Source of the DNA: an uncultured Nitrososphaerota archaeon
GTDB lineage: Archaea; Thermoproteota; Nitrososphaeria; Nitrososphaerales; Nitrosopumilaceae
Length of the DNA: 64,000 bases
Direction: 5' to 3'
Assembly (NCBI GenBank): GCA_963824385.1
Contig: CAWGPD010000003.1
Span: 224,001-288,000 of the forward strand
Under the pieces are notes generated by a model that was not told the origin of the DNA, did no database searches, and was given only the letters and a program-made list of their open reading frames with translations. Both the position numbers and the translations under genes were made by a program. Each line of letters opens with the position of its first letter. The first letter of the stretch is position 1. Below, piece after piece: positions 40,291 to 50,865 of the stretch.

Positions 40291-42415
40291 TCAAGACTCC
40301 TTTGGTCTATGCTTTCCCCACTGGTATAAAGCAGATGCTGCTGCAACCCAGTCTCTCAAGTCATCATAGACTGGAACATTGTGTTTTTCAATTAATCCAG
40401 CTACTTTGGCTGTATAAGGACCGCCATTTCCACCTACAAGTAATGGTTTCTTGCCTTGCTTTGAGAACTCTCCAAGATAATCAATGATTGTTTCTTCAAG
40501 AGGATCGTCTTGGAAGACAAACCATGGCATAACAATGTCGATGTTAGGATCGTCCATGAACTTTTGTATGGAATATCTATAGTCGTCTGCATTTGCACCT
40601 CCAGTTACGTCTGCTGGGTTGCCATTTCCAATCACATATGTCGGAGGATAGTGTGCCTTCATTTCTTTGAGCGTTGCTTCTGTTACTTTGCCAAGTTCTA
40701 GTCCGTACTTTTCAAATTGGTCTATTGCACCAATCATTGGACCTGCACCGTTACTGACAAGACCAACTCTTGGACCTTTAGCTGCTGGTTGCCATGCTAA
40801 TGCTTTGGCATTTGCAGCAAGTTCTTGGTAACTTTCTACTGAAACTATACCTGCTTGTTTGAATGCTCCCTGGATGATTGCGTTAGAGCCTCCAAGTGAA
40901 CCTGTATGTGAAGCTGCTTGTTTTGCACCAAGTGTACTTCTCCCACTCTTCCAGATTAGAACTGGTTTGTGTTTTTCCTTCATTACTCGTTTTGCTGTCT
41001 CGATGAACTTTCTTCCATCGCCAAAACCTTCTACATATAATGCAATTACTTTGGTTTGAGGATCATTTGCCAAGTACCAGATCATGTCTGCTTCATCAAC
41101 ATCTGATCTGTTGCCATAGCTTACCATTTTTGATAATCCAAACGAGTCTGCAGTCTCAAGGAAGCTGATTCCCATTGTTCCACTTTGTGATAATAATGCA
41201 ACCGGTCCAAGCTTTGCACGGACCATTCTTTCTTGTCCTTGGAATGCACAGTCTAGTCTGTTTGCAGCATTGAACATGCCTATGCAGTTTGGACCAATAA
41301 TTCTGATCTTGTGCTTTTCTGAGAGGCTCTTAATTTGAGATTCAAAGTCTGCTCTTTCTCCTCCAAGTTCCTTTCCACCGCCTGATACTATGACGACATT
41401 GTGGATTCCTTTCTTGGCACATGCTTCTAGAACTGGTGGAGTAATTGACAAGTCAACACATACTACAACCAGATCAACTTTGTCTGGTATTGCTTCAATT
41501 GATGGATAACATTTTAGTCCCAAAATCTCTTCTGCTTTAGGATTGATTGGGTATACTTTGCCCTTGTAATCATGCTTTCCAATACTGTCAAGTACAGAGT
41601 TTCCTACTTTACCTGGAGTTGAAGATGCACCAACAAGTGCAACAGATTCTGGTGTAAAGAATGTCTCCATAAATTCGATGTTTGGTTTTGCAGTAGAGAT
41701 TGCATCCTTTTTGATCTCTTTTCTTAGAATTATTTTTGCGTCAACAACATAGTATGATTTTGGATATACTACAATTGGATTGAAATCAATGCTGTCAAAG
41801 TAATTTGCATTGTCCACACCAATTTTTCCAATCTGGACAATTGCTTTTGCAAGCATGGTCAAGTCAATTGGTTTTGCACCTCTAAATCCTGACAAAATCT
41901 TGGAGCCCTTTAGCCTCTGTAAGCATTGATTTTGCATCATCCAATGTAATTGGTAGCATTCTAAATGCAACGTCTTTGAATATCTCAGTCAAGACACCGC
42001 CTAGTCCTACCATTATTACTGGACCAAACTGTGGGTCATTTTGGAGTCCTATGATAAGCTCTACTCCTTGAGGTACCATCTTCTCAAGTAAGATTCCTTT
42101 AACTTGGACTCCTTTTTTCTTTGAGAGTCTTGGATACATTTCAAGAAATGTTTTCTTGACATCTTTTTCATTTTGCAGTCCTACCTTTACTCCTCCAACA
42201 TCACTTTTGTGAAGTATTTGTGGTGAGACTATTTTCATTACTAGTGGAAATCCTAATTTCTTGGCAGCTTTTGCAGCATCATTTGCGCTTTTAACAAGTG
42301 CATAGCCTGGAACTTTGATACCGTATTTCTTTAGTACAGATTTTGATAGATCTTCGGTAATTACCTTATGATCTGTTGCAAATGTTTCTTCAAAAATTTT
42401 GACTACTGGATTCAA
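40291..42415 (-). CDS. ADP-forming acyl-CoA synthetase, probable 3-hydroxypropionyl-CoA synthetase (one extra base at ~41914)
   Basis: N-terminal ATP-grasp ([14 protein letters not shown]) then CoA-binding/ligase domains (VGAS, GPNCIG, SQSG, ASHTG). Confidence 0.85.
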
Positions 42416-42634
42416 AAGGATCTCTCCTCTTTATTTTCCGATCGCAATGATGAGATCTGGACTATTTTTTGTATCATGACTGGATCGAAAAGCCTATGTG
42501 TTTTATATTAAACTTTTGACAGAAATTATGCTATTTTTGGCATATGCCAAATTTCTAGTTAGTAAAACTTTCACTAGTAGTTAGGCGTGATAACCCTAAG
42601 ATCTATTATTTTATTTTGTCAGTCTAGAGTATGC

Positions 42635-43324
42635 TCAAAGATTAAACTCTGACTTGAAATTTTTATAAAATATCGCTAGATTGTTCTTGACTGTCTCAAT
42701 ATACTGGGGTATTTGTTTTTCAATCAGGGCTGGGTCTATGTACGGAGTATCATCAAATTCTTTTCTTGATTTTTCTATCCATAATTTGACTGTGGACTCG
42801 TCAACTTCGAGATGAAACTGTACTCCAACCGCACTTCCAATCTTTATTGCCTGATTCTGATAATTCTTTGAATGTGCTAATCTAATGGCATTTTCTGGCA
42901 GATCAAAAGTGTCTCCATGCCAATGAAATACTGTTGCAGGGCTGTTTATCCCGCTGAATAACTTGGACTTTGTAGTATTATCAAATTCAATGTCATTGTA
43001 AAACCCAATCTCTTTTCTTGGTCCCTTGTATACTCTGGCACCAAATGCTTTTGCAATTAACTGAGACCCAAGACAGATGCCTAAGACTGGAATGTTCTTT
43101 TCCACTGATTTACGTATAAGTTCCAATTCTTTTTTCAGATATGGCAGATCATCATTTGCACTCTCTGGCGCTCCAAGAATTATTATTACATCAGGTTTGA
43201 TGTCTGGAATCTCTTCGCTTTTTGCAAATACTGTTTTTATATATACTCCATCTTTTCTTAGCAGTTCCCCTAGTATTCCAATGCCTTCGTTCTTTGTATT
43301 TTGAATCACTAGAAATTTTGTCAT
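42635..43324 (-). CDS. Class I glutamine amidotransferase-like protein
   Basis: LGICLGSQ, HWHGD and QFHLE catalytic-triad motifs. Confidence 0.9.
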   Translation of the reverse strand: MTKFLVIQNTKNEGIGILGELLRKDGVYIKTVFAKSEEIPDIKPDVIIILGAPESANDDLPYLKKELELIRKSVEKNIPVLGICLGSQLIAKAFGARVYKGPRKEIGFYNDIEFDNTTKSKLFSGINSPATVFHWHGDTFDLPENAIRLAHSKNYQNQAIKIGSAVGVQFHLEVDESTVKLWIEKSRKEFDDTPYIDPALIEKQIPQYIETVKNNLAIFYKNFKSEFNL

Positions 43325-43367
43325 ATAATCTGAAAATTGCTTAATACTCTAGCTTGTAAATAAGTTT

Positions 43368-43743
43368 GTGAAAATTGAGGCGCAGGATGTATTCAAAGTC
43401 AAAGACTTTGTCAAGTCTCTGAATTTAGCACATGATAGTATCATAGTTGTTGAAGGAAAACGTGATGAGGATGCCTTGAAAAAATTAGGATATTGTGGAA
43501 AGATTTGTCAGTTTCACAGACTTCAAGGGATTAGTAAAATTTGCAGACAGTATGCCCAAGTACAAGAATTTGATATTATTACTAGATTCTGACAGAAAAG
43601 GAAGATATCTTACAAAGAGAATAATTGCTCAACTTCAACACAGAATGTCAATAGATCTTTCATATAGAAAAGAGCTTACCATTGTCACCAAAGGAAGGAT
43701 CAAGAATGTAGAGGATCTATCCATGTATGCCATAGAGGTATGA
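43368..43743 (+). CDS. Small stand-alone TOPRIM protein (one extra base at ~43520)
   Basis: IVVEGKRD and LLDSDRKG in adjacent frames. Confidence 0.85.
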
Positions 43744-43820
43744 TTCCCGGTAAAAACGAATAAGCACTTATATCGAACCATTAAGAAAAATAATTGATCA
43801 AAAATTAAGAGGATAATGAA

Positions 43821-44966
43821 TTGGTATACACAGGAATTGTCAAGTATCACGTTAAGCTCAGCTTCGAAGTCGACGGACTCGTTGAAAAGGCAGATATTAT
43901 AGGTGCAATTTTTGGCCAGACAGAAGGTCTGCTTGGCCCAGAGATGAACCTAAACGAACTCCAGAAAATGTCGAAGGTAGGACGAATAGAAGTCAATACT
44001 ACGGCATCGTCTACTCAAACAAAGGGAGATGCTTTGATTCCTATGAGTACTGATATCAACACTGCCGCACTAATTGCAGCTGCTATTGAGAGTATAGATA
44101 AAGTCGGTCCATTTCAAGCTCATTTCAAATTAGATGCTATTGATGATGTTAGAACTGCCAAGAAAAAAGAGATAGTAGATAGAGCAAAGGATATCGTCCA
44201 AAAGTGGTCTACAAAGACAATAAGCGAAGGTGAAGAGATGCTCAAGGACGTGTCTGATATTGGTTCTGCTGGAAAGATTGCTGCATTTGGAAAAGAAAAA
44301 CTTGCATGCGGTTCTGGAGTATTTGATTCACCATGGATAATTCTCGTAGAGGGTAGAGCAGATGTGATAAATCTACTAAGAGCTGGTTTTGATAACGCAC
44401 TTGCAATAGAGGGCGCAAAAATTGACGAATCAATAAAATCCCTTTGTGATTCTAAATCCAAAGTAGTTGCATTCCTTGATGGAGATAGAGCAGGCGGTTT
44501 CATACTAAAAGAACTAAAATCTCTTGTCAATGTAGATGTAGTACATAGAGCACCAGAAGGTGTAGAAGTTGAAGAACTAACTCCAATACAGATTGCAGAA
44601 ATTCTAAAAGAGACTGCAGAAGACATGAAAAAGGAGACAGCCAAACCTGCACTCAAGGATGTAAAAGATGCACCTATTGCTGATGTAGTAAAGAAGGTAT
44701 ATTCTGAACTTAATGAATCATTAGAAGCAATTGCACTTGATGATGGTACAAACCAAGTCTTCAAGGTGCCAGTAAGTGAGGTTGTAGGAAAACTTGCTGC
44801 AGGTTCTGGAATAAAATATCTAATACTTGATGGAATTATTACACAAAGACTAGTAGACTCTGCAAAACAAGCTGGAATTGGGTATCTAATTGGCCATAGA
44901 ATGGCTAATCTAAAATCCACTGATGGATTGACACTCAAAACATTTACAGAGCTTGGTGTTGCATAA
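43821..44966 (+). CDS. dnaG: Archaeal DnaG (exosome-associated/primase-like)
   Basis: DIIGAIFGQTEGLLG, VEGRADV and FLDGDRAG. Confidence 0.95.
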   Translation: MVYTGIVKYHVKLSFEVDGLVEKADIIGAIFGQTEGLLGPEMNLNELQKMSKVGRIEVNTTASSTQTKGDALIPMSTDINTAALIAAAIESIDKVGPFQAHFKLDAIDDVRTAKKKEIVDRAKDIVQKWSTKTISEGEEMLKDVSDIGSAGKIAAFGKEKLACGSGVFDSPWIILVEGRADVINLLRAGFDNALAIEGAKIDESIKSLCDSKSKVVAFLDGDRAGGFILKELKSLVNVDVVHRAPEGVEVEELTPIQIAEILKETAEDMKKETAKPALKDVKDAPIADVVKKVYSELNESLEAIALDDGTNQVFKVPVSEVVGKLAAGSGIKYLILDGIITQRLVDSAKQAGIGYLIGHRMANLKSTDGLTLKTFTELGVA

Positions 44967-44971
44967 AATTA

Positions 44972-45667
44972 ATGTCAGAACTAAAGATTCAACACATTCT
45001 AACTCTTGCAGAACTTTTTACCAAAGGTGCACGATATAATTTTGTCCCAATAACTACATCTTCTTTGGGAAAAAGTATTCATAAATCACAGCAAGCTGCA
45101 TCAAAACATCTCATGGATCTTGAGGCAAATGGCTATGTGGAAAGATTGCGTAGTGGACAAAAGGTATCTGTTAGGATAACAACCAAAGGTCATGCCGAGA
45201 TGATAAAAATATTCTCTGTACTAAAATCAAGCCTTGAATCAATTCCTGCCTATTTAGAATTCAAGGGGACAATTAGTTCTGGAATGGGTGAGGGGGCATA
45301 TTACATGTCAATGAAAGGATATACAAAACAATTCAAGACAAAGCTTGGATATGTTCCATTTCCTGGGACATTGAATGTAAAACTAAAAGACAAGGAATCA
45401 ATCGAGGCTAAGCGTTCTCTTGATGCGTATGATGCCATAATGGTTGATGGTTTCTCAGATGGAAAGAGAACTTATGGCTGGGTAAAATGCTATCCTGCCA
45501 AAGTTAACAACATTGATGCCGCACTGATTCTATTAGAGCGCACACACCATGATGATTCTATAATTGAATTAATCTCAAAAGAGAATATCAAAAAGGTAAC
45601 AAAACTTTCTACTGGTTCTAAAACATCAATACGAGTTCCAGTGCGTTTGAAATCTATTCGAGATTAA
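44972..45667 (+). CDS. ribK: CTP-dependent riboflavin kinase with N-terminal HTH
   Basis: SQQAASKHL HTH, SGMGEGAYY and PFPGTLN. Confidence 0.92.
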   Translation: MSELKIQHILTLAELFTKGARYNFVPITTSSLGKSIHKSQQAASKHLMDLEANGYVERLRSGQKVSVRITTKGHAEMIKIFSVLKSSLESIPAYLEFKGTISSGMGEGAYYMSMKGYTKQFKTKLGYVPFPGTLNVKLKDKESIEAKRSLDAYDAIMVDGFSDGKRTYGWVKCYPAKVNNIDAALILLERTHHDDSIIELISKENIKKVTKLSTGSKTSIRVPVRLKSIRD

Positions 45668-46287
45668 ATCCCATAAATTGACTTGCCATAGTCATTTTCT
45701 ATTTTAGAGCTTTTGATGTCTGGTATTGGTGACTGTAATCTTGCAATGGATACATTGATTCCTATTTTTTTGCAACCATCCACGATAAACTTTTCCTGAT
45801 GCACTTGGTCATATCCTAGTGCAATAATATCTGGCTTGATTGTTTCAACTGACTTGAAGATATCTCCTTCGTATCCAACTACGGCATAGTCTACCATTGC
45901 AAGTGATCTAACCAAATCTCTGCGAAGCTCCATGTTGTGTAGTGGAATCCTATTCTTCATTTTTTGTGCTGTCTGATCTGTTGCAATAACAACAACTAGT
46001 ACATTGCCAAGATCTTTTGCTGCCTTGAGAGTGTGAATATGTCCCGGATGTATAATGTCAAAAACTCCTCCTGCTAGAACAACTCGTAATGCATTTCTTC
46101 CAAGGTCTGTGAGGTCTTTATTATTTTCAATAAACCCCTTCTCAGTAAGATCCTTTATTCTCTCTTTGATATATTCTGGATTGAGAGCAAGTTTTTTTCG
46201 TATGATTTCAATAGCAGTCTCACCTGAAAGTGCTGCTACAAAAAAAGCTGCGATTATTTCTTTATCGAATGCATCCAAATCTATCAC
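45664..46287 (-). CDS. ribL: FAD synthase (cytidylyltransferase family) with N-terminal extension
   Basis: GGVFDIIHPGH, LGYDQ and SSKI; GTG start. Confidence 0.85.
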   Translation of the reverse strand: MIDLDAFDKEIIAAFFVAALSGETAIEIIRKKLALNPEYIKERIKDLTEKGFIENNKDLTDLGRNALRVVLAGGVFDIIHPGHIHTLKAAKDLGNVLVVVIATDQTAQKMKNRIPLHNMELRRDLVRSLAMVDYAVVGYEGDIFKSVETIKPDIIALGYDQVHQEKFIVDGCKKIGINVSIARLQSPIPDIKSSKIENDYGKSIYGI

Positions 46288-46325
46288 TAAAGCGAAACTA
46301 TTACAATTTGATTTATCTATAAACT

Positions 46326-47363
46326 CTATGCCCAGGGATCTATTCCTTTTGAGAGGCGTAGGGCATCCATTAGGCCCTCAGCATATCCAATACTTAGCAC
46401 TGCAAGTTCCTCTTTTCCTTCCTTTTGGAATTTTTCAGCGTCATCAATGTATAATTGGGCATTTTCAATAACTGGTTTGAGACTCTTGTCGTCTTTGAAC
46501 ATCCTTACAACTTGTTCAAGTGCCTTTCTTGCTTTTGGGATATATTTTGATAACATCTGGTCTGATATTTTTTGAATCTTTGATGAATTATCAAATGGCT
46601 CATCCAGACACTTTGAAAATATCTTGATTGCATCTTGTTCTGTAAAGTGTAGTCTTCCAGGAATTATGATGGTATGTGGAGGTTTATCAAAATCTGTCTT
46701 CAAAAGTGTAGATAATTTTCCTGATATTATTTCCTGATTCTTTGCACCAATTCTTGACGCAACTATGGCAAATGTGGATTCATCAATTACATTTCGTCTC
46801 TCGCCGTTTTCTGTCTTGAGTAGACTAGTTAACGCATCTTTTGGATCTAAAAAGAAATTTGAACTGTTATCGTATTCTAATATCAATAAACTATGACTTC
46901 CCTTGACCAAGTTCTCGTAAATTGTATAGTATACAGTACTCAGTGAGGGTAATTCTCTCATTATAGTCACAGGCCTTCCAACCTTGTAATGGTGCAGTCC
47001 ACATTCTCCTATTAGAGATGTAATTGCAGATGCTCCGTGAATTGTCTTTGTCTTGATCTTTTCAGTCTCTGCCCTTGTTCTCAACTCTAGATGAGTTGTC
47101 GCCACGTATGGATCCCCATAAGCAAGTAATACGACATTTTTCTTTTTAGCAAGCAACAAAATGGCTTTGCCATCTTCAACCATCCATCTTGGAGCTATTG
47201 TTAATTTTCCTTTAACTAGTTTTTTTATTTTTAATACCTCTGATTTTCCTATTGGACTTGTAAAAATTTCAAAGTATGTCATGTCTGCTTTTTTTAAAAC
47301 CTGTATGGCATTTGCGCTAATGCCATCTAATCCTGAAATGCCTAGTCCTACAAACCATAACAT
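46326..47363 (-). CDS. dph5: Diphthine synthase with C-terminal DUF357-like domain
   Basis: MLWFVGLG, GDPYVATTH and PPHTIIIPG.LHFTE; tail YIDDA..F...G...LA.LSIGYAEGLMDA. Confidence 0.9.
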   Translation of the reverse strand: MLWFVGLGISGLDGISANAIQVLKKADMTYFEIFTSPIGKSEVLKIKKLVKGKLTIAPRWMVEDGKAILLLAKKKNVVLLAYGDPYVATTHLELRTRAETEKIKTKTIHGASAITSLIGECGLHHYKVGRPVTIMRELPSLSTVYYTIYENLVKGSHSLLILEYDNSSNFFLDPKDALTSLLKTENGERRNVIDESTFAIVASRIGAKNQEIISGKLSTLLKTDFDKPPHTIIIPGRLHFTEQDAIKIFSKCLDEPFDNSSKIQKISDQMLSKYIPKARKALEQVVRMFKDDKSLKPVIENAQLYIDDAEKFQKEGKEELAVLSIGYAEGLMDALRLSKGIDPWA

Positions 47364-47403
47364 GAAACAAAACTCCATTCGCTCTATATTTTGAGACTTC
47401 GTT

Positions 47404-48546
47404 TTAGGATTTTGCAGGAGTGCTTTTGAATTCATGTAGTCTCTTTAGATGAGATAACATCCTCTTGAAGACCTCTACACTTCTTAGAAATTCATCAGTT
47501 GATACTCTTTCATCAATTGTATGTGATGCATGAGGATCTCCTGGACCATATGTAACAACTGGAATGTTTAGGGAATTTCCTATAATATTCATGTCTCCTG
47601 TGCCTGTCTTTCGAATTAATTGTGGTCTTGCTTTTTCTACATCCATTATTCCAAGTGTTAGTGCCCTGACAAGTGGAGAATTATGTGGCGCCTCAAATGG
47701 CTCAGTTTCATCTATTACAGAATAAAATGCATTGACTCCTTGTTTTTTTGCTATATCCTGAACTGTAGTTGCAATTCTTTCTCCAACAATTTTACAATTC
47801 ATGTTTACAGGAATTCTGATATCCATTATTGCATCGCATTCTAATGGTGTTACATTGTGACTAGTACCTCCTTTAATTTCAGTCAGTGACGACGTAAGCA
47901 TCATGCTCTTTGCCATGCCTTCTTGGTTCTCTTCTAATGATTTTTTTAGTGCTGCTGTAAAGATATACGACTCTTCAATTGCGTTTTTTGCAAGCCATGG
48001 TGCACTGGCATGTGCACTGTCTCCTACATTTACTCTCAAGTTTATTGCAATTCTTCCCTTGTATGCAATTGTGATATTTTTAATTCCACTTGGCTCTCCA
48101 AATACTGCATAATCTATTGCTGGTTTTTGTTTTACTAGGCTCTTGATTCCAGTTGCATTTCCTTCTTCGTCTACTACTGCTGCAAATGTTATTGTTCCAT
48201 TGTTCTCAGGTTGAACGGAAGATGTTGCAAGAAGCATTGCAATTAACGGTGCCTTGGCATCCGATGCACCTCTTCCATAAATGAATCCATTTTCACTTCT
48301 TACTTTTATTTTTCCTGGGACCGTATCCATGTGTCCGCATAACATTATTCTTGGATAACCCGAACCTTTGGTGGCAATTAGATTTCCTACGTCATCTATG
48401 CGAACATCTTCAAACCCAAAATCATCACACTTGTCTGCCAAAAACTCTGCAAGCGGTTTTTCTGCAAGAGATGGTGTATAAAGCCTTAGAGCCTTTTCTA
48501 GTGTCTTTACTGCGTACCTTGGGGTGTTTATAATCGAAGAGTCCAA
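47404..48546 (-). CDS. lysK: [LysW]-lysine/ornithine hydrolase (M20)
   Basis: CGHMDTVPG, GRGASDAK, DEEG, GEPSG and YGPGD...HT.DE; end of the lys cluster. Confidence 0.9.
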   Translation of the reverse strand: MDSSIINTPRYAVKTLEKALRLYTPSLAEKPLAEFLADKCDDFGFEDVRIDDVGNLIATKGSGYPRIMLCGHMDTVPGKIKVRSENGFIYGRGASDAKAPLIAMLLATSSVQPENNGTITFAAVVDEEGNATGIKSLVKQKPAIDYAVFGEPSGIKNITIAYKGRIAINLRVNVGDSAHASAPWLAKNAIEESYIFTAALKKSLEENQEGMAKSMMLTSSLTEIKGGTSHNVTPLECDAIMDIRIPVNMNCKIVGERIATTVQDIAKKQGVNAFYSVIDETEPFEAPHNSPLVRALTLGIMDVEKARPQLIRKTGTGDMNIIGNSLNIPVVTYGPGDPHASHTIDERVSTDEFLRSVEVFKRMLSHLKRLHEFKSTPAKS

Positions 48547-48549
48547 TTT

Positions 48550-49398
48550 CTATTTTCTCAACTGCATTGCGTAATCAATCATCATTGCTGGTATATTTAC
48601 GCCAGTAACTCTGACAGTATTTTTGTATTCCGTTGTATTGTTAACTTCATGAACAACAAGGCCATTTTCCTTACTTTCCATCAGATCTACTCCTACAATC
48701 TGTCCGTGAACTGCCTCTTTTGCCTTGACGCAAATATCTTCTAGTTCTTTTGTAACTTTTAACTCTTCTGCCCTACCGCCAAGCGCCATGTTTGTTTTCC
48801 ACTGGGTTTCTCCAGAATAACGGTAAATTGCAGCAACAACTTTGTCTCCTACAACTATAGCTCTGATATCTCGAGGAGGTCTGTTGACAAATTCTTCCAA
48901 ATAATATACTTGGTAAATTGGATACATGGTCTCTCTACTTTCTATAATTGCCTCTGCAGATTCCTTGTCTTTTAGCATTGCAATCATTCTTCCCCAGCTG
49001 CCAACAGTTGGTTTTATGACCATTGGATATCCTTTCTTGTCAAGAAGTTCTAATGCCGCTTCTTGTGAAAATGCTACTGCACTAAACGGTGTAGGTATTC
49101 CTTTTTTTAGCAAAAGCATGTGAGTAAATAATTTGTTTCCTGCAAATATACTAGTGTTCAAAGAATTAATTACATTGACTCCTTTTCCTTCAAGAGCTGC
49201 AGTAGAATGGAGACTACGATAGTAACTAACACATCTTTGTATTACAGTTCCATAATCTTCTGGACTTTTATCTAAACTAATGGACAGATTCTTACAGTCC
49301 ACCATCTTTGCATCTATGCCCTTTTCTTTTGCGGCATCAAATAGTGCTTTTTCTTCCCACCTGATGGTATCGTAGAGAATCGATAAACCTGAGCTCAC
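48550..49398 (-). CDS. lysX: Alpha-aminoadipate--LysW ligase
   Basis: RimK-like ATP-grasp; GSWGR, WKTNMALG and EYKNT. Confidence 0.9.
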   Translation of the reverse strand: MSSGLSILYDTIRWEEKALFDAAKEKGIDAKMVDCKNLSISLDKSPEDYGTVIQRCVSYYRSLHSTAALEGKGVNVINSLNTSIFAGNKLFTHMLLLKKGIPTPFSAVAFSQEAALELLDKKGYPMVIKPTVGSWGRMIAMLKDKESAEAIIESRETMYPIYQVYYLEEFVNRPPRDIRAIVVGDKVVAAIYRYSGETQWKTNMALGGRAEELKVTKELEDICVKAKEAVHGQIVGVDLMESKENGLVVHEVNNTTEYKNTVRVTGVNIPAMMIDYAMQLRK

Positions 49399-49559
49399 TG
49401 GCCCCAGTCCTCACCAACAGTTTGTGCTGGTTTTAGATCTAAGCCGGCAGAACCTTTGACAAGTTCAAAACTTGCACCACAGTCTGGACAGGTTACTATC
49501 TCTCCTTCCATGGAATCCTTTGGAGGGTTGATGTTTGCATCACATTCTAGACATTTCAT
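49395..49559 (-). CDS. lysW: LysW-family carrier protein, C-terminus EDWGQ (absent from the ORF track)
   Basis: MKCLECDANINPPKDSMEGEIVTCPDCGASFELVKGSAGLDLKPAQTVGEDWGQ. Confidence 0.9.
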   Translation of the reverse strand: MKCLECDANINPPKDSMEGEIVTCPDCGASFELVKGSAGLDLKPAQTVGEDWGQ

Positions 49560-49560
49560 A

Positions 49561-50751
49561 TTATTTTCCTGTTTTTTCCTTCAGTTCTTTGACATTAATT
49601 ATCTTTTGTTCGAGTCTATCGTCAAGGGGTATCTCTAGAAGGTCTCCCATTCTTAGATTCTTCAAACCTGCTGCTACTGATTTTGCATGTTCTTCGTTTT
49701 GTTCAAGACCTAGTAATGACATGAGATATGCAGCGCCATTCTTTCCTGCTAGTTCTCCAAATACAATTCTTCTTCTGTTTCCTACTACTTTGGGCTCGAT
49801 TGGCTCATAGGCTGCAGGGTTTCTCAAAATTGCAGCCAAGTGAGTTCCTGCTTTGTGTTTATACGCAGTTGGGCCTACAATTGGCTTTGAATCGTATGGG
49901 ACAATGGTGGTATACTGTTCAATCAGTCTTGAGAGGTCCATGAGCATGTCTAGTCTAAAGTTATTTGGAGAATTGTATAGATATGTCAGTGCAACTGCAG
50001 TTTCTGCCAATGCTGGTATTCCAGTTCGCTCTCCAATTCCATCAATTGTTGTATGAATCTGATCTGCACCACCATCGCATCCAGCTAATGCATTAGCTAA
50101 TGCAAGTCCAATGTCGTTGTGACAGTGTACATCAAGTGGAGTCTTTATTTCATCACGAATTGACTTTACAAAATTATACATTCCATTTGGTCTCATTATT
50201 CCAACAGTATCTGGTAGACTGATTCTGTCAACACCTGCTTCTGATATTGCTTTACACACTTGCATTAGAAATTCTGGGTCTGCTCTGGAACCGTCCTCTA
50301 CAGTAAATCTCATCTTCAGGCCATGTGCTTTTGCATATTCTACAGTTTCTACTGATCTTCGCAATGCTTCTTCTCTTGTAATTCTTAGCTTGTCTTTCAT
50401 ATGAATTTCAGAAATACCAAGATAAGTTGCCATCCATGTTGCATCACAATCAATTGCCACATCGACATCTGTTTTTAATGCACGAACATGAGCAACAATG
50501 TCTGCCTTTAATCCTTGTTTGATGATTGTCTTTGTTGCTTCTTTGTGATCAGGTGATACAACAGGTGAAATTTCAATTTGATCAACTCCAAAATAATCAA
50601 GCATCCATGCAATTTGGATTCTTTGCTTGTTTGAAAAAGTAACTCCAGGATGTTGCTCTCCTTCTCTTAGAGTACTGTCAAGTATTCTGATTTTTTTTGG
50701 CTTGACACCAATCTCATTATACTTGTATGCGTAATAGTTTGCGTCGTCCAT
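49561..50751 (-). CDS. Homocitrate synthase (LeuA family, no regulatory domain)
   Basis: DSTLREGEQ, HCHND, GIGERTG and HKAGTH; lys cluster context. Confidence 0.85.
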   Translation of the reverse strand: MDDANYYAYKYNEIGVKPKKIRILDSTLREGEQHPGVTFSNKQRIQIAWMLDYFGVDQIEISPVVSPDHKEATKTIIKQGLKADIVAHVRALKTDVDVAIDCDATWMATYLGISEIHMKDKLRITREEALRRSVETVEYAKAHGLKMRFTVEDGSRADPEFLMQVCKAISEAGVDRISLPDTVGIMRPNGMYNFVKSIRDEIKTPLDVHCHNDIGLALANALAGCDGGADQIHTTIDGIGERTGIPALAETAVALTYLYNSPNNFRLDMLMDLSRLIEQYTTIVPYDSKPIVGPTAYKHKAGTHLAAILRNPAAYEPIEPKVVGNRRRIVFGELAGKNGAAYLMSLLGLEQNEEHAKSVAAGLKNLRMGDLLEIPLDDRLEQKIINVKELKEKTGK

Positions 50752-50789
50752 TCTCCTTTTTCTTTGAGTTTTGCAAATATAAACATATT

Positions 50790-50865
50790 CGTACAGAATT
50801 CGTCTAGTTTTGTTGTTTTTGAAACGATTTTAGGCGGTTTTCGAGACTCTATAACGAAATTCGTT
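50790..50865. promoter_or_regulatory. Candidate LysM (Lrp-type) binding sites upstream of homocitrate synthase
   Basis: AACGAAATTCGTT palindrome (50853-50865), ACGATTTTAG (50824-50833) and ACAGAATTCGT (~50793). Confidence 0.4.

Noticed and set aside
42447..42500. Box C/D sRNA suggested by ATGATGA (also at ~26747)
   Set aside because: No convincing D'/C'/D box arrangement at the expected spacing.
44120..44938. 272-aa antisense ORF (likewise 52536..53210 and many shorter ones)
   Set aside because: Shadow frames opposite well-supported genes (dnaG, lysZ) with no recognisable motifs.
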